Origin: Mobula birostris
Lineage: Eukaryota
Direction: 5' to 3'
Length of the DNA: 64,000 bases
NCBI RefSeq assembly: GCF_030028105.1
Contig: NC_092387.1
Coordinates: 23,383,590-23,447,589, forward strand
A program made the position numbers and the translations under genes. Below are positions 51,682 through 63,730 of this stretch, piece after piece. Position 1 is the first letter of the stretch, and the number at the start of each line of letters is the position of its first letter. The notes below the pieces were generated by a model that ran no database searches, was not told where the DNA came from, and worked only from the letters and a program-made list of their open reading frames with translations.

Positions 51682-54600
51682 TTCCTCATGGAAGTGATGG
51701 CTGTAACCAACATAACTCAATCCATCAGCAACTCAAGAGCAGAGAATGGGTTCGGCTGTACACCGCCTGTATTATCTGTTACATCTCCTGATCTATCAGA
51801 ACCCTTTAATGTTTCCTGGACTATCTTACCTATTAATAGTCAATTGTTGTGATTAAGTTGGTCCAGTGTAATTGTATCAAATGTAGTTTTCATTTACAGT
51901 CATCTATTTTTCCTTATGAGAAGGTGTAATCGCTGTGGCAAACATTTCCATATCACTGAAAAGCAGGTACTTTGTCAACACATTCATTTGCCCTTACGTA
52001 TTGCATTTTTGACTGTTCACACAATTCATCAATCTCTGTTAATGCCTCCGTTGTAAATTTTCCGTGGGTTCTAGGTATTGGACGTGCTGCTAATTTTAGA
52101 GAAGGCAATTTGAGTGATACAGTGCCTTATTCCAACAGTGTGACAGTTAATGACTCTTCACCTAAAGAGGTTTTGCAGAGATTATGGTTTCCAGATATTG
52201 GCCCTTTGTGCCATTTTAACACACCACACATTGGTCTTTTAATACTGACTTTGTCTTGCTTTGAAAACACAGTGATCAGTATGCAATCTTCAAAGAGCAG
52301 CTTTCTACAGTGACTTTGATGGTTTTGGCATGACATGGAGTAAAATAAATTTGAGGTAATTTTTATTTAGAAGTTTTATTATATAATTTATAATGAGGGA
52401 CTATAGCTGATATTTTAATGTTAGGTATAGCACAGCGGTTACACAAGACAGAGTAATGGATAGGAATTGCAGGGAGCTGGTCTGTGGGTACACAACTGCT
52501 TTTTATGCTGTTAATAAGCCGTTTTTGCCTGGGTATGTGGGATTGTTATTTTTGATCCTTCAGGATTATTGATGCATTTCATATCACAATGAAATCTTGC
52601 TGATAGTCTACTTTTGAAATGGATGAAACATTTTGTCTCATTCAATTGGCCGACTCTGGCAAGGGCCAGCATTTATTGTTAGCCCATCATTAATTTGCCC
52701 TCAAGAAGGAAATGGTGAGCTGCCCCCTTGAACTGCTGTAGACCATCTGTGGCGAAGGTGCTCCTCCAGTGCAGTTGGAGAGAGTTCCAAGATCCAGACC
52801 CAGTCATGATGAAGGAACAGCTTCCACATCAGGATGGTGTTTAACTTAGAGAGGAGTTAGTGCTGTTCACAAGCACCTGCTGCCCTCATCCTCATTGTAG
52901 AGGTTGTGGGATGAGGAGGGGCTGTTGGAGTAACCTTGATGAGTGTCTGCAAAATGGTGATGCATTATTGCAATGGTAGCATCATGGTTAGAACAATTCC
53001 TTAACAGTGCCAGCGATCATCAGTTGGGGCTCAATTCCCGCTGCCTTTTTGTAAGGAGTTTGAACATTCTCCCCGTAACCGCTTGGGTTTCCTTCGGGTG
53101 TTCTGGTTTCCTCCCCATTCCAAAGACATGCAGTTAGTACAGTTAGTTTTGGGCTGCTATGTTGGCGTCACAAGAGTGGCGGTACTTGTGGGCTGCCCAG
53201 CGCCATCCTCAGACCTCGCTGTTGGCATTAAACAATGCGTTTTGCTGTATGTTTCAATGTACACGTGATAACTAAAGCTGATCTTTAAGTCAGGATGGTG
53301 TGTGCCTTAGTGGTGAAAATACAACTGGTAGATTCATATGGCAGCTGCCCTTGTCCTTCTCAGTGGCAACGTTGCAGGTTGGGGAGGTGCTATGAGTACC
53401 CTGGGTGACCATTTGGAAGGTGGGACACATTAGTGCATTGTACTCGAAATGCTGGAAGAACGCAACGTATCAGGCAGCATCCATGGATGGAAATAAACTG
53501 TTGATGTCCTGAGATCCTTCAGCAAGGTCTCAGCCCAAACCGTCAGCTGTTTATTTCCCTCCGTAAATGTTGCCTGACCAAATATCCAGCATCTGCAGAA
53601 TCTCTAGTGTCAATTGTGCACTAGAACTGAAGGGAAAGAATGTTTATGTTGGTGAGTGGGTTGTCAGAGAAACAACCTACCTTCAAAGTTCAAAGTATGA
53701 AATAGTTCAAAGTATGAAATAGTTCAAAGTAAGTTTATTATCAAAGTATGTGTACAGTATGTAACCATATACTATACTGAGATACATTTTCTTGCAGACA
53801 TTCACAGTAGGACAAATACATCCAGTAGAATCTTGCCTTAAAAAACTTGGAGACATGGGTGTTGTTGTAGCCACGGTCATCCACGCAACCGGAGATCATT
53901 CCCAGATGCTGTAGACTGTAAGATCATTCAGTATAGGATCAGAATTAAGCTATATGGCCAATTAACTCTGCTCTGCATCCAGTCATGCAATCAATCAAAC
54001 CCGCTTTCCTTCCTTACGATAGTAACTCTTACCCTGTTGAAAAAAATTCTGCCTCAAATATTTCCTATGACTTGCCCCCGACAACCCTCGTGGCAATGAA
54101 TTTCACACACACCTTTGGCTGCATGAATTCATCCTCGCCTTAGTTTTAAAGGGTCAATTTTTTCCTGGGGCAAATTTTTTCCCTTTCATGGGGCATCTTT
54201 CCCTAGGTACCGTGTAGGGCCCAAAATTGCTCACAATATTGCAAATTCAATCTACCAATGCCTTACGAAGCTTCAGCAATACATCCTGTGTAGATGGGCT
54301 TTTGACTGCTACATACCCACCCTTTGAACTGCTCCAGTTTTTTTTCATTTTATATAGAGATACAGCATGGCAACAAGTCCTTCTGGTCTAGCGAGCCTGT
54401 GCTGCCTAATGACGCTCAAGTGATAGAGCAACACTATTACAATGTCAATATTGTGTGGGGTGGGAGATTGGAAGGAATCGGTGCAGGGTTTTGACCCAAA
54501 GCATCAGAATTTCCTTTTCCCTCACAGATACTGTGCTGTCCACTGAGCTCCTCTAGCAGATCATTTGTCACATCTGAATGTTGTCCAAGTCTTGCAGGGA

Positions 54601-56869
54601 TCTTTTGCTTCATTTTCTGAGGTGTTCCAAATGGAACTGAATGTTGGACGATCATCAGGGAGCATCTTTACTTCTGGCCTTATGATGTATAGCAGTGTGA
54701 ACCATGTGAAAATGATTTGGCCCATGTTACCATCCTGTTGCACAAGCATGGGAGAAGAATACTATTGAAAGGCCCAGATGGTGTGAAGGTATAGGGGGTG
54801 TTTCCTACAGTAGGAGAGCCTAGGACCAGGGGATATAGCCTCCGAATACAGGGGCATCCCTCTAGAACAGAGATGAGGAGAAATTTATTTTCTGTGGAAT
54901 TCATTGCTACAGATAGCTATGGAGGTCAAGTCCTTGAGTATATTTAAAATGTAGGTTGATATCTTCTTAATTAGTAGGGGTATTAAAGATTATGGGGAGA
55001 AGGCAGGAGAATGGGGTTGAGAGAGATCATAAATCAGCTGTGATGGAATGGCAGAGCAGATTCCATGGGGTGAATAGTCTAATTCTACTTCTTGACTTAT
55101 GGTCTTATATTATCGTTAGAACTGATTTGTACTGCAGTGACATCAGACACTGCTCAGCCGACGCATGGCCAATACCTGGAACAAAAACTCCACTACACTA
55201 CTGGTTTCAAGCCAATGATTGATGAATTGCTCCAGATCCAATGAGGGTGATGGAGTTAAGATGCAAATCAGAAATAATGTAAGTAAATGGTGAGAAAAGC
55301 TGACAGATCGCCTTATGAAGATATTGGATGAAGATTTATCTTAAGTCTTTCGTGTTAATATTATAATGGGAGAGGCGAGTTCTGTATCTCTTGAGAAATC
55401 TGGTGACATTGAACTTCAAATGTGCAGCTGTGTTTAAAGATTAAAGAAAGGTTAGCGTTATTTGTCACATGTATATAGGAAAATACTGTGAAGTGAATTG
55501 TTTGTATCAATGACCAACACACAAGATGTACTGGGGAAGGCTCACAAGTGTCAACATGTTTCTGGCACCAACTTAGTACGCCCACAACTTACCAACCCTA
55601 ATCTATACGTCTTTTTGCAATGTGTGAGGAAAATGGAGCACTCAGAGGAAATACAAGAAGTCACGGGGAGACTGAACAAGCTCCTTACAGACGGTAGTGG
55701 GAATTGAAACCCAGCCTTTAGCTGGTGCCCTAAAGCATTACACTAACTGATATGCTACCATGCCACCCAATAAAGCATGCAGCACATAGATTTATAAAGT
55801 ATGAGTTTTTTATTAGGATCATTTGCTGGTTTGATTATGTCCATGCAATCAAGGACATATTTTCATCTCTACATTGACTCCTATTTGTATTTCGGTGAAA
55901 GTCCCAAATTCTCAGTAGACATCCATTCTGCCTTAAGCTGCTCTTCAAGCAGGCCATAAGTAATGTCAATGCTTCAGAAGCTACTTGAAAATTAGACTTA
56001 ATAAATCTGCCAAAATTATATCTGTTTGCAGCCTAGTCTCTGCAGAAGATTGCAAGACTTGTGCAAATGCTTAATTTCAAAGTTGCAGCCAGAATGAAAA
56101 AGGAACTTTCATTTTGAAGCTGCGGCAACATCTGTTTGTCACGCCTTTCTTATTAGGTAGATAAATCAGAGTTCCAGCTGGCCTGAAAAAATTATAGAAT
56201 TTAAAATTGAATCTTAACTATGAGATCTGAAGTACTGAAATTCATTGCAGATTGAAAGACAGGAGTCTAAGGATTGTTCTAATTATTTTGTATAACCACT
56301 TCATGAACTTGTCATCATTGGATTAAAAAAGAATGGGGCTTTTTATTTTCATCATTTGCTGGTTTGACAGGATCACCAAGAGACGTGGAAGAATCTCCAA
56401 TGCAAGGATCTGAAATTCCTTTTAGGGAGCATTTCTCTGCCTATTGCAGATTGTTGTCATCTGGTTTCCTTCCTCCCAACATCCCCCACCCCAAAACCCC
56501 ACATCCATCTACAACAGCCCATGTGCCTAAAATTGCATAGGATTTTGCTGGAATAGCTTTCGTACTTTAGCAATGCCATGGTAAGTTACACTGTGGTCAG
56601 AAGCAGACCATCCTTCAAGCAAAAGGCAACAATATTCTTGGTCTTTTACCAGGGTGCAAATGTCAAATTAGTATTTAAAGGTAAGTGGAAGAAAGTTTAA
56701 AGGAAATGTGCGAGGCAAGTTTCAACCCCACCACATATCTAAATAAATTTGTAAGGGTTTTTGTTGACATACTGAATCTATTCAAACTCCTCGTACTGGA
56801 GGAACATGGATTTATGTACAGGCAGAAGAGATGTAGAGGAATTTGGCATCATGTTTGGTCTAGACATTA

Positions 56870-57665
56870 CAGTCATAGAGTCTTAGAGAAGTACAGCACA
56901 GAAAAATGCCCTTTACCAATCTAGTCTATGCCAAAAACCATTTAGACTGCATACTCCCAATGACCTGCACTGGGACCAAAGGGCTTCACATCCCTACTAT
57001 CCATGTACCTGTCCAAACTTCTCTTAAATATTGAAATCAAGCTTGCGTGGACCACTTGTGCTGGCAGCTCATTCCACACTCTCATGATCCTCTGAGTGAA
57101 GAAGTTTCCCCTCATGTTCCCTTTCAACTTCTCACCTTTCACCCTTAACCCATGGTTGTAGTCCTACCCAACCTCAGTGGAAAAAGCCTGCTTGCACTTA
57201 CTCTTTCTATTCCCCAAGTGATCAAAACAGCACGCAATAATCCATATTAGTCCTCACCAACATCATATACAATTTCAACATAACATCCCATCTTCTGTTC
57301 TTAATACATTCATTTATGAAGGCCAATGTGCCGAAAACATTCTTTACAACCCTATCTACCTGTGACACCATTTTCAAAGAATTTTGTACCTGTGTTCCCA
57401 GGTTCCTTTGATCTACGACACTCCTCAGTGCCCTGCCGTTCATTGTGTATTACCTACTCTGGTTAATCCTACCAAAGTACAAAACCTTGCACATGTCTGC
57501 ATTAAATTCCATCTGCTATTTTCAGCCTATTTTTCCAGCTTATGCAGATCCCCCTGCAAGCCATGATCATTTCCTCACTGTCTACTACGCCCCCAATCTT
57601 GGTGTCATCTGCGAATTTGCTGATCCAGTTAACCACGTTATCATTCAGATCATTAATATAGATGG
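56870..57665 (-). mobile_element. CR1-type LINE 3' fragment
   Basis: ORFs 56942..57142 (LKGNMRGNFFTQR..RVWNELP) and 57222..57443 (KLYMMLVRTNMDYCV). Confidence 0.85.
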
Positions 57666-58167
57666 CAAACAAACTTTGCAGGCTGAAAGGCCTTTTCCTG
57701 CTGTACTGTTCTATCTTTTACGATCTAAATACTATAAATTCTGTAAATTGCCGGGCCCTGTTTTGCTTACCAACAAACTGTGCCTTGGGAGTGCTGTTTT
57801 TCTGGTTATTGAGACTGCAGCAAATGATCAAATGACATCCAATCTTTTTTTCTTTGCCTTTCAGATATCATAAATAAGATTTTATTCTAAATTCTATAAC
57901 TTTCCACACCAGCTAGAACTGTGTTTTTCCTGTTTGATAAGAAACAAATTTTAGCTCCTCATCCATTTCTTGTGCTCTTTTCAGAACCATAGTTAGAGGT
58001 GACTAGGCAAGGAATAAAAATAGGTCTGCATGATCAGGTCAAACCTGGCCACAAGTAGATTCCGTAGGTGCTGGAAATCTAGAGCAACACACACAAAATG
58101 CTGGAAGAGCTCAGCAAGTCAGGCAGCATCTATGGAGGGGAATAAACAGTCAACATTTTTGGATCCG

Positions 58168-58815
58168 CAAACACGAGGGAATCTGCAGATGCTGGAATTT
58201 CAAGCAACACGCATAAAAATTGCTGGTGAACGCAGCAGGCCAGGCAGCATCTATAGGAAGAGGTACAGGTGACATTTCGGGCCGAGACCCTTCGTCAGGA
58301 CTAACTGAAAGAAGAGATAGTAAGAGATTTGAAATTGGGAGGGGGAGGGGGAGATCCGAAATGATAGGAGAAGACAGAAGGGGGAGGGATGGAGCCAAGA
58401 GCTGGACAGGTGATTGGCAAAAGGGATGTGAGAGGATCATGGGACAGGAGGCCCAGGGAGAAAGAAAGGGGGACGGGGGAAGCCCAGAGGATGGGCAAGG
58501 AGTATAGTGAGAGGGACACAGGGAGAAAAAGGTGAGAGGGAAAAAAATAATAAAAAATAAATAACGGATGGGATAAGAAGGGGAAGTGGGGCATTAATGG
58601 AAGTTAGAGAAATCAACGTTCATGCCATCAGGTTGGAGGCTACCCAGACGGAATATAAGGTGTTGTTCCTCCAACCTGAGTGTGGCTTCATCTTGACAGT
58701 GGAGGAGGCCGTAAATAGACATATCAGAATGGGAATGGGACATGGAATTAAAATGTGTGGCCACTGGGAGATCCTGCTTTTTCTGGTGGACAGAGCATAG
58801 GTGTTCAGCGAAACG
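58168..58815 (-). mobile_element. Penelope-like 3' fragment, preceded by an older tail at ~58055-58160
   Basis: ORF 58594..58899 contains QDLPVATHFNS...RLEEQHLIFRLGSLQPDGMNVDFSNF. Hammerhead at 58267-58302 has lost stem I and has GAAAT. Confidence 0.85.
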
Positions 58816-59070
58816 GATGAGACTCTTTACCAGCACAGGAAAGGAAGGATGCAGATGCAAATATAAGAAAGTGCTGACAGTTGCCTGAGTGCTGCACATT
58901 TAGCGTTTCCTTTTTCAGGTAGTTTTTGATTGGTAATTGGTTTATTAATAACAGGAATTAACAGAATGCAGAACTTCAAGTCATAGTTACAGAGAAAGTG
59001 CCATACAGATAGACAAATAGGTTGTAAGGGCCATGACAAGGTAGACTGAATATCAAGAGTTGATCTTTAT

Positions 59071-59230
59071 GCCGGCCGGTGGTGTAGTGCCATCAGCACT
59101 GGACTTTGAGGAAAATGGTCCTGAGTTCGAATCCTGCTGCTTTCCATCCATGCTGGGTTGAGTTTCGAGCAACCAACTCGGCCTCAGAAGATACAGAAAC
59201 GGCAAAAATGCCACCTGATTTACCTGAGGG
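59071..59230 (+). mobile_element. tRNA-derived SINE
   Basis: Pol III A-box-like TGGTGTAGTG (~59080) and B box GAGTTCGAATCC (59123-59134). No complete tRNA cloverleaf. Confidence 0.6.
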
Positions 59231-62200
59231 AATAACAACAATAAGTACATCAAAATAGAAAAAAAGGAACTAATAGAATACAGAACTCTGTGTCATAGTT
59301 TCAGAGAAAGTGCTGTGTAGATAGACAAATAGGTTGTAAGGACCATGACAAGGTAGATTGAGAGATTAAGAGGATGTTCAAGAGTCTGATAACAATGGGA
59401 TAGAAGTTGTCCTTTGAGCCTGGTGGTATGAGTTCTCAAGCTTTTGTGCTTTCTGCCTGATGAGAGAGGGGAAAAGAGAGAGTGAACAGAATGGGAAGGG
59501 TTTTTGATTATGCTGGCTGCTTTCCCAAAGCAGCACAAAGTAGAGCCAGAGCACATGGAGGGCTGGCTGGTTTTCATGTTAGATGTGCTGCGTTCATAAC
59601 TCTGCAACTTGTTACAGTCTTGAGCCGAGTAGTTACTGTATTAAGCTGTGATACATCCAGATCTAATGCTTCATATGGTGCATCTGTAAAAGTTAGCGAG
59701 CATCATCCTGGGCAAGTTGAAGAGTGGCCTGGTAGTGTAGTGGTTAACGCAACGCTTCACAGTACCAGTGACACAGGTTCAATTCCCACTGCTGCCTGTA
59801 AAGAGTTTGTACATTTTCCCCGTGACCACATGGGTTTCCTCCCACTGTCCAAAGATGTACCAGTTGGTAGGTTAATTGGTCATTGTAAATTGTCTTATGA
59901 TTAGGCTAGGATTAAGTTGGGGGAATGCTGTGCTGTGTGTCTTGAAGGACAGGAAGGCCTATTCCGCGCTGCTTTTCGACAAATAAATAAATACATTTCC
60001 CTACCCTAGGAAGTAGAGGCACTGATGTACTTTCTTGACCACAGCATCAACATGGCCAGGCCAGGATAAGTTGATGATTCTTACACCTAGAAACTCAAAG
60101 CTCTCAACCATCTCCACCTCAGTAGCATTGACACAGTCATTGGTGTGTTCTTCACTTTCCTTCCCGGAGTTAATGATCAACCGTACTGTATGCTGCTGTT
60201 GAGGGAGGAGCTATTGTTTTGACACCATGCTCTCTATCTTTGTATCTCCTTCCTGAACTCCATCTTGTTATTATTTGAGATGTGGGCAGTTCCCTGGTGT
60301 CATCTGCAGACAGGTAGATGGAGTTCAAGCAGGACCTGGTCACAGAGTTGTGAGCGTAGAGGGAGTAAAGGAAAGGTATATGCGAGGTTACTGCTAGGAA
60401 GAAGCAGAAAAAGGATATCTGAAATAAATGCCAAAAGTGGTCAACAATTCAGGAAGAATGTGTGAACAGAGAGAAAGAAAGTTAACGCTAATGAAGACGG
60501 AGTAGTTGATTTCAGACAGTGGTGTTACATATGAAGGAATCTCTTAGCTACCTTGCCTGGCACTAACTACAGAGTACTGATTCAGTGTGGCACTCTTTAT
60601 TCTGGATAGCAATCACGAGGATAGTTCTGACTCCGTATTTTAAAAGAGACATCTGCTTGCTTTTCCCTGGACCGTTATTGGGCCCACGTGTGAACCCCCA
60701 CCCTCCGAGGAAGCCAAGGTCCCATTGCCATATCACCTGGTTTGGAGTGAATCAGTCAAGGCTGTCTATGTTGGCGGGATGGTGGTGGGTGGGAATTGGA
60801 ATTGGTTTATTATTGTCACATGTACCCAGGTACAGGGACAAGCCAGCTTGCATGCCATCCAGACAAATCCTTCCATATAGTAAACAATAAGAGATTCTGC
60901 AGATGCTGGAAATCACAACAAATGCTGGAGGAGCTCAGCAGGTCGGGCAGATTGCATTATTTGTCCCCTTTTGTAGAGCTACAGTGAGGACCAGGCCCTT
61001 CCATCCCACCAAGCCGTGCTGCCTAGCAACCCTGCAATTTAACCCTAGCCTCATCACAGGACAAGTTACAATGACCAATTAACCTATTAAATGGTGCATC
61101 ATTGGACTGTGGGAGGAAACTGGAGCAACCTGAGGAGGCACGTACACAGGAAGAATGTACAGAATTTTTTTACAGAGGATGCCAGAATTGAGCTCTGAAA
61201 TCCAACTCCCCTGGTTGTTTGTCTGTCTTTGTTAATTATAGTTTTCATAAATTCTATTGTATTTCCTTATTTTCCTGTGAATGCCTGCAAGAAAATGAAT
61301 CTCAGGGTTGTATATGTTGACATATATGTACTTTGACAATAAATTGACTTTGACTTTGAATAACCAGATAACATTTTGGCAGAATGTAAAGTTACGGTTT
61401 TTGGGAAAATCCAATACGGGTTGTCAACTGATCCGCAATGAGGTGCATTGGGAAATTGAGTTTATCTTTTAACATATGGCAAGGCTATTAACAGTGGGGT
61501 AGGAACTGTCCTTGAGCCCGGCAGTCCATGGTCTCAAACTTTTTTTATCTCCTGTCTGACCAGAGGAAGAAGAGAGAATGGTCCTGCTGGGATGGGGTCC
61601 TTGGTTATGCTGGTGAGAAATGTAGTCAGTGACCACTGTTGAGCCTATTACCACAGAGAAATTTGTAGGCTAGGGAGCAAGCAGAGAGGGGGAGAAGATC
61701 GTGTACATCCCACTGAGCAGGACATGACGAGAGAGGCTGTGGGTGCCGGTTAGCGTTGACCAGTCCCCCATAAAGTCCACACTCATTATGTAGCACGGTG
61801 CCCCTCTCTGCTCCGCAATCCTACCACCGTACCTGCACTATTTTCCCCACTCCGCCCAACGCCAATGCTCATTGGCAGTCTCTGCACACTGTCCCGGAGA
61901 CTCACTCCACACCAAAGCCATCTGCCGAGGAGACGGCTTTGACTAGTTCATTGCCATAAGAAAGTCAGCAAAGGGGAGAAAATTACCTTCAAACAGGGTG
62001 CTGGCATGGAAGTGGGAAGGCTGAGAGTTTGTGATAGGTTTCCATCAGAGGTCTCAGTAGGCATATCTCTGCGCGTGACACGTAGTCACAACTTTTAACT
62101 TGTTCCAAGAACCCTCCCATTCTTGGGAATGGATTCTAAGCATTAAGCAAAATGATCAAGTAAAGATAGACATCTTTAGACAAATTAATATGTGTTACAT

Positions 62201-63639
62201 GTAGAAGCTATCTCATTTGTGTGATTTAGTTTTATGGGTGTAAAATGCACATAATTCAATGTGAAGTGTGATTTTATATTATGATAAGCTTTTAAAGAAA
62301 TGAGAAAATACATCTAGATGTCCTTATTTCAGGCCCAGCTCATTCACCCTGGGATTTGGACTAATGCCAGCTCTTCAGCCAAGTTCTTTCTTGCTACCCC
62401 CGAACAATAGTCGAAGGACATTAGAGAGTACGTTGCATGTGATGAGTTTTAATTCCTTCTAACAAAATTAAATATTTCAGTATAAAAAGTCAAAGGGGAG
62501 TTGACGGGCAAGGGTGAGAGTAAGTAGGCTGCTGAAGCACAGGAAAATGAGGAGGAGGGGAATGTGACCGAAGGGATCATACCCTGGGAGCCAGCATGAT
62601 CCAATAGAGCTGAATACCACATCATGAGAAATTTAAGTACATGGAGTATGGTGCAAAAGGCACATACAGTATATAGTGTATTGCTAGGATACCTGAGACT
62701 TGCACAGTACCGTATTTGTCAACGTAGAGCGAGAGAGAGTTTATATATCTGGCGGGAGCAAAGGATGCTGGGAATGGTGAGGGTGGAGCACGAGGGAAGG
62801 GGTGGGGGTGTGGGGGTCAGTTAGATGAAAAGGAGTACCAGAGGTGAGGTCGTTTTGGGTGCAGACACGCCCAGCCCTGAGACACCAGACAAGATAATTT
62901 GATTCCAAGTAATTGGTTTATTGATCATTACAGAATGTCTCACTGGTGCATCCTGCTTCCTCCCTCTCCCTTCCCCTTTTCTCAACCATGATTCCCCTCT
63001 CCCTTTCTTTTTCCCATTCTTAGTCCACAATTGAAACCCATATCAGGAATCAAGTTTATTATCACTCACGTATGTCATGATTTTTTTTGCAGCGGCAGTA
63101 CAGTGCTATACATAAAATTGCAGCACCCTATCTACAGATATTTTTCTAAGACTTTTGCACAAAATACTATGTATTTCATAGAATATTGTGGTAGATAATA
63201 AAAGATAGAGATAAAGAGAAGATAAACGTTTGTTTTATTTGTCACATGCACATTGAAATATCAGTGAAATGTGTTGTTTTGCATCAGTGAACAACACAAT
63301 CCACAGATCATGCTGAGGGTAGTCCACAAGTGTGGTCTTGCTTCCGATATAGCACAGCATGTTCGCAGTCCACTAACCCTGACTGTACTTCTTTGGAATG
63401 TGGGATGAAACCAGAGCACCCGGAGGAAAACCATGTGGTCACAGGGAGAATGTACAAACTACTTGTGGACAGCAGCGGGAATTGAATCCAATGCCAATTG
63501 TCTGTGCAGTAAAGCGACTGCAGACATACCACCTCTCCCGGAAGTTCTGGGAGTCTCCTGCATATTGATAGCTGCTCCCTGATGCCCGCAAATTATATAC
63601 AATATCCCAAAAGTCGGTTTTTTTGAGAGCGAGTGAGCG

Positions 63640-63730
63640 GGTGAGGGGGGAGAGAGAGGGAGAGAGAGAGGGAGAGAGAGGTGGGGTGAGAGAGAGGGAG
63701 AAAGAGAGAGAGGGAGGGAGAGAGAGAAAA
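63640..63730. repeat. GA-rich microsatellite
   Basis: Degenerate (GA)n/(GGGA)n. Confidence 0.9.

Noticed and set aside
52470-52532. Leader-like ...QLLFMLLISRFCLG followed by gtatgt, suggesting a second B7 gene
   Set aside because: In-frame stop upstream, no suitable ATG, and no downstream Ig exon in the window.
59071-59140. Possible tRNA gene
   Set aside because: A and B boxes are present, but there is no acceptor or anticodon stem pairing, so it is treated as a SINE head.
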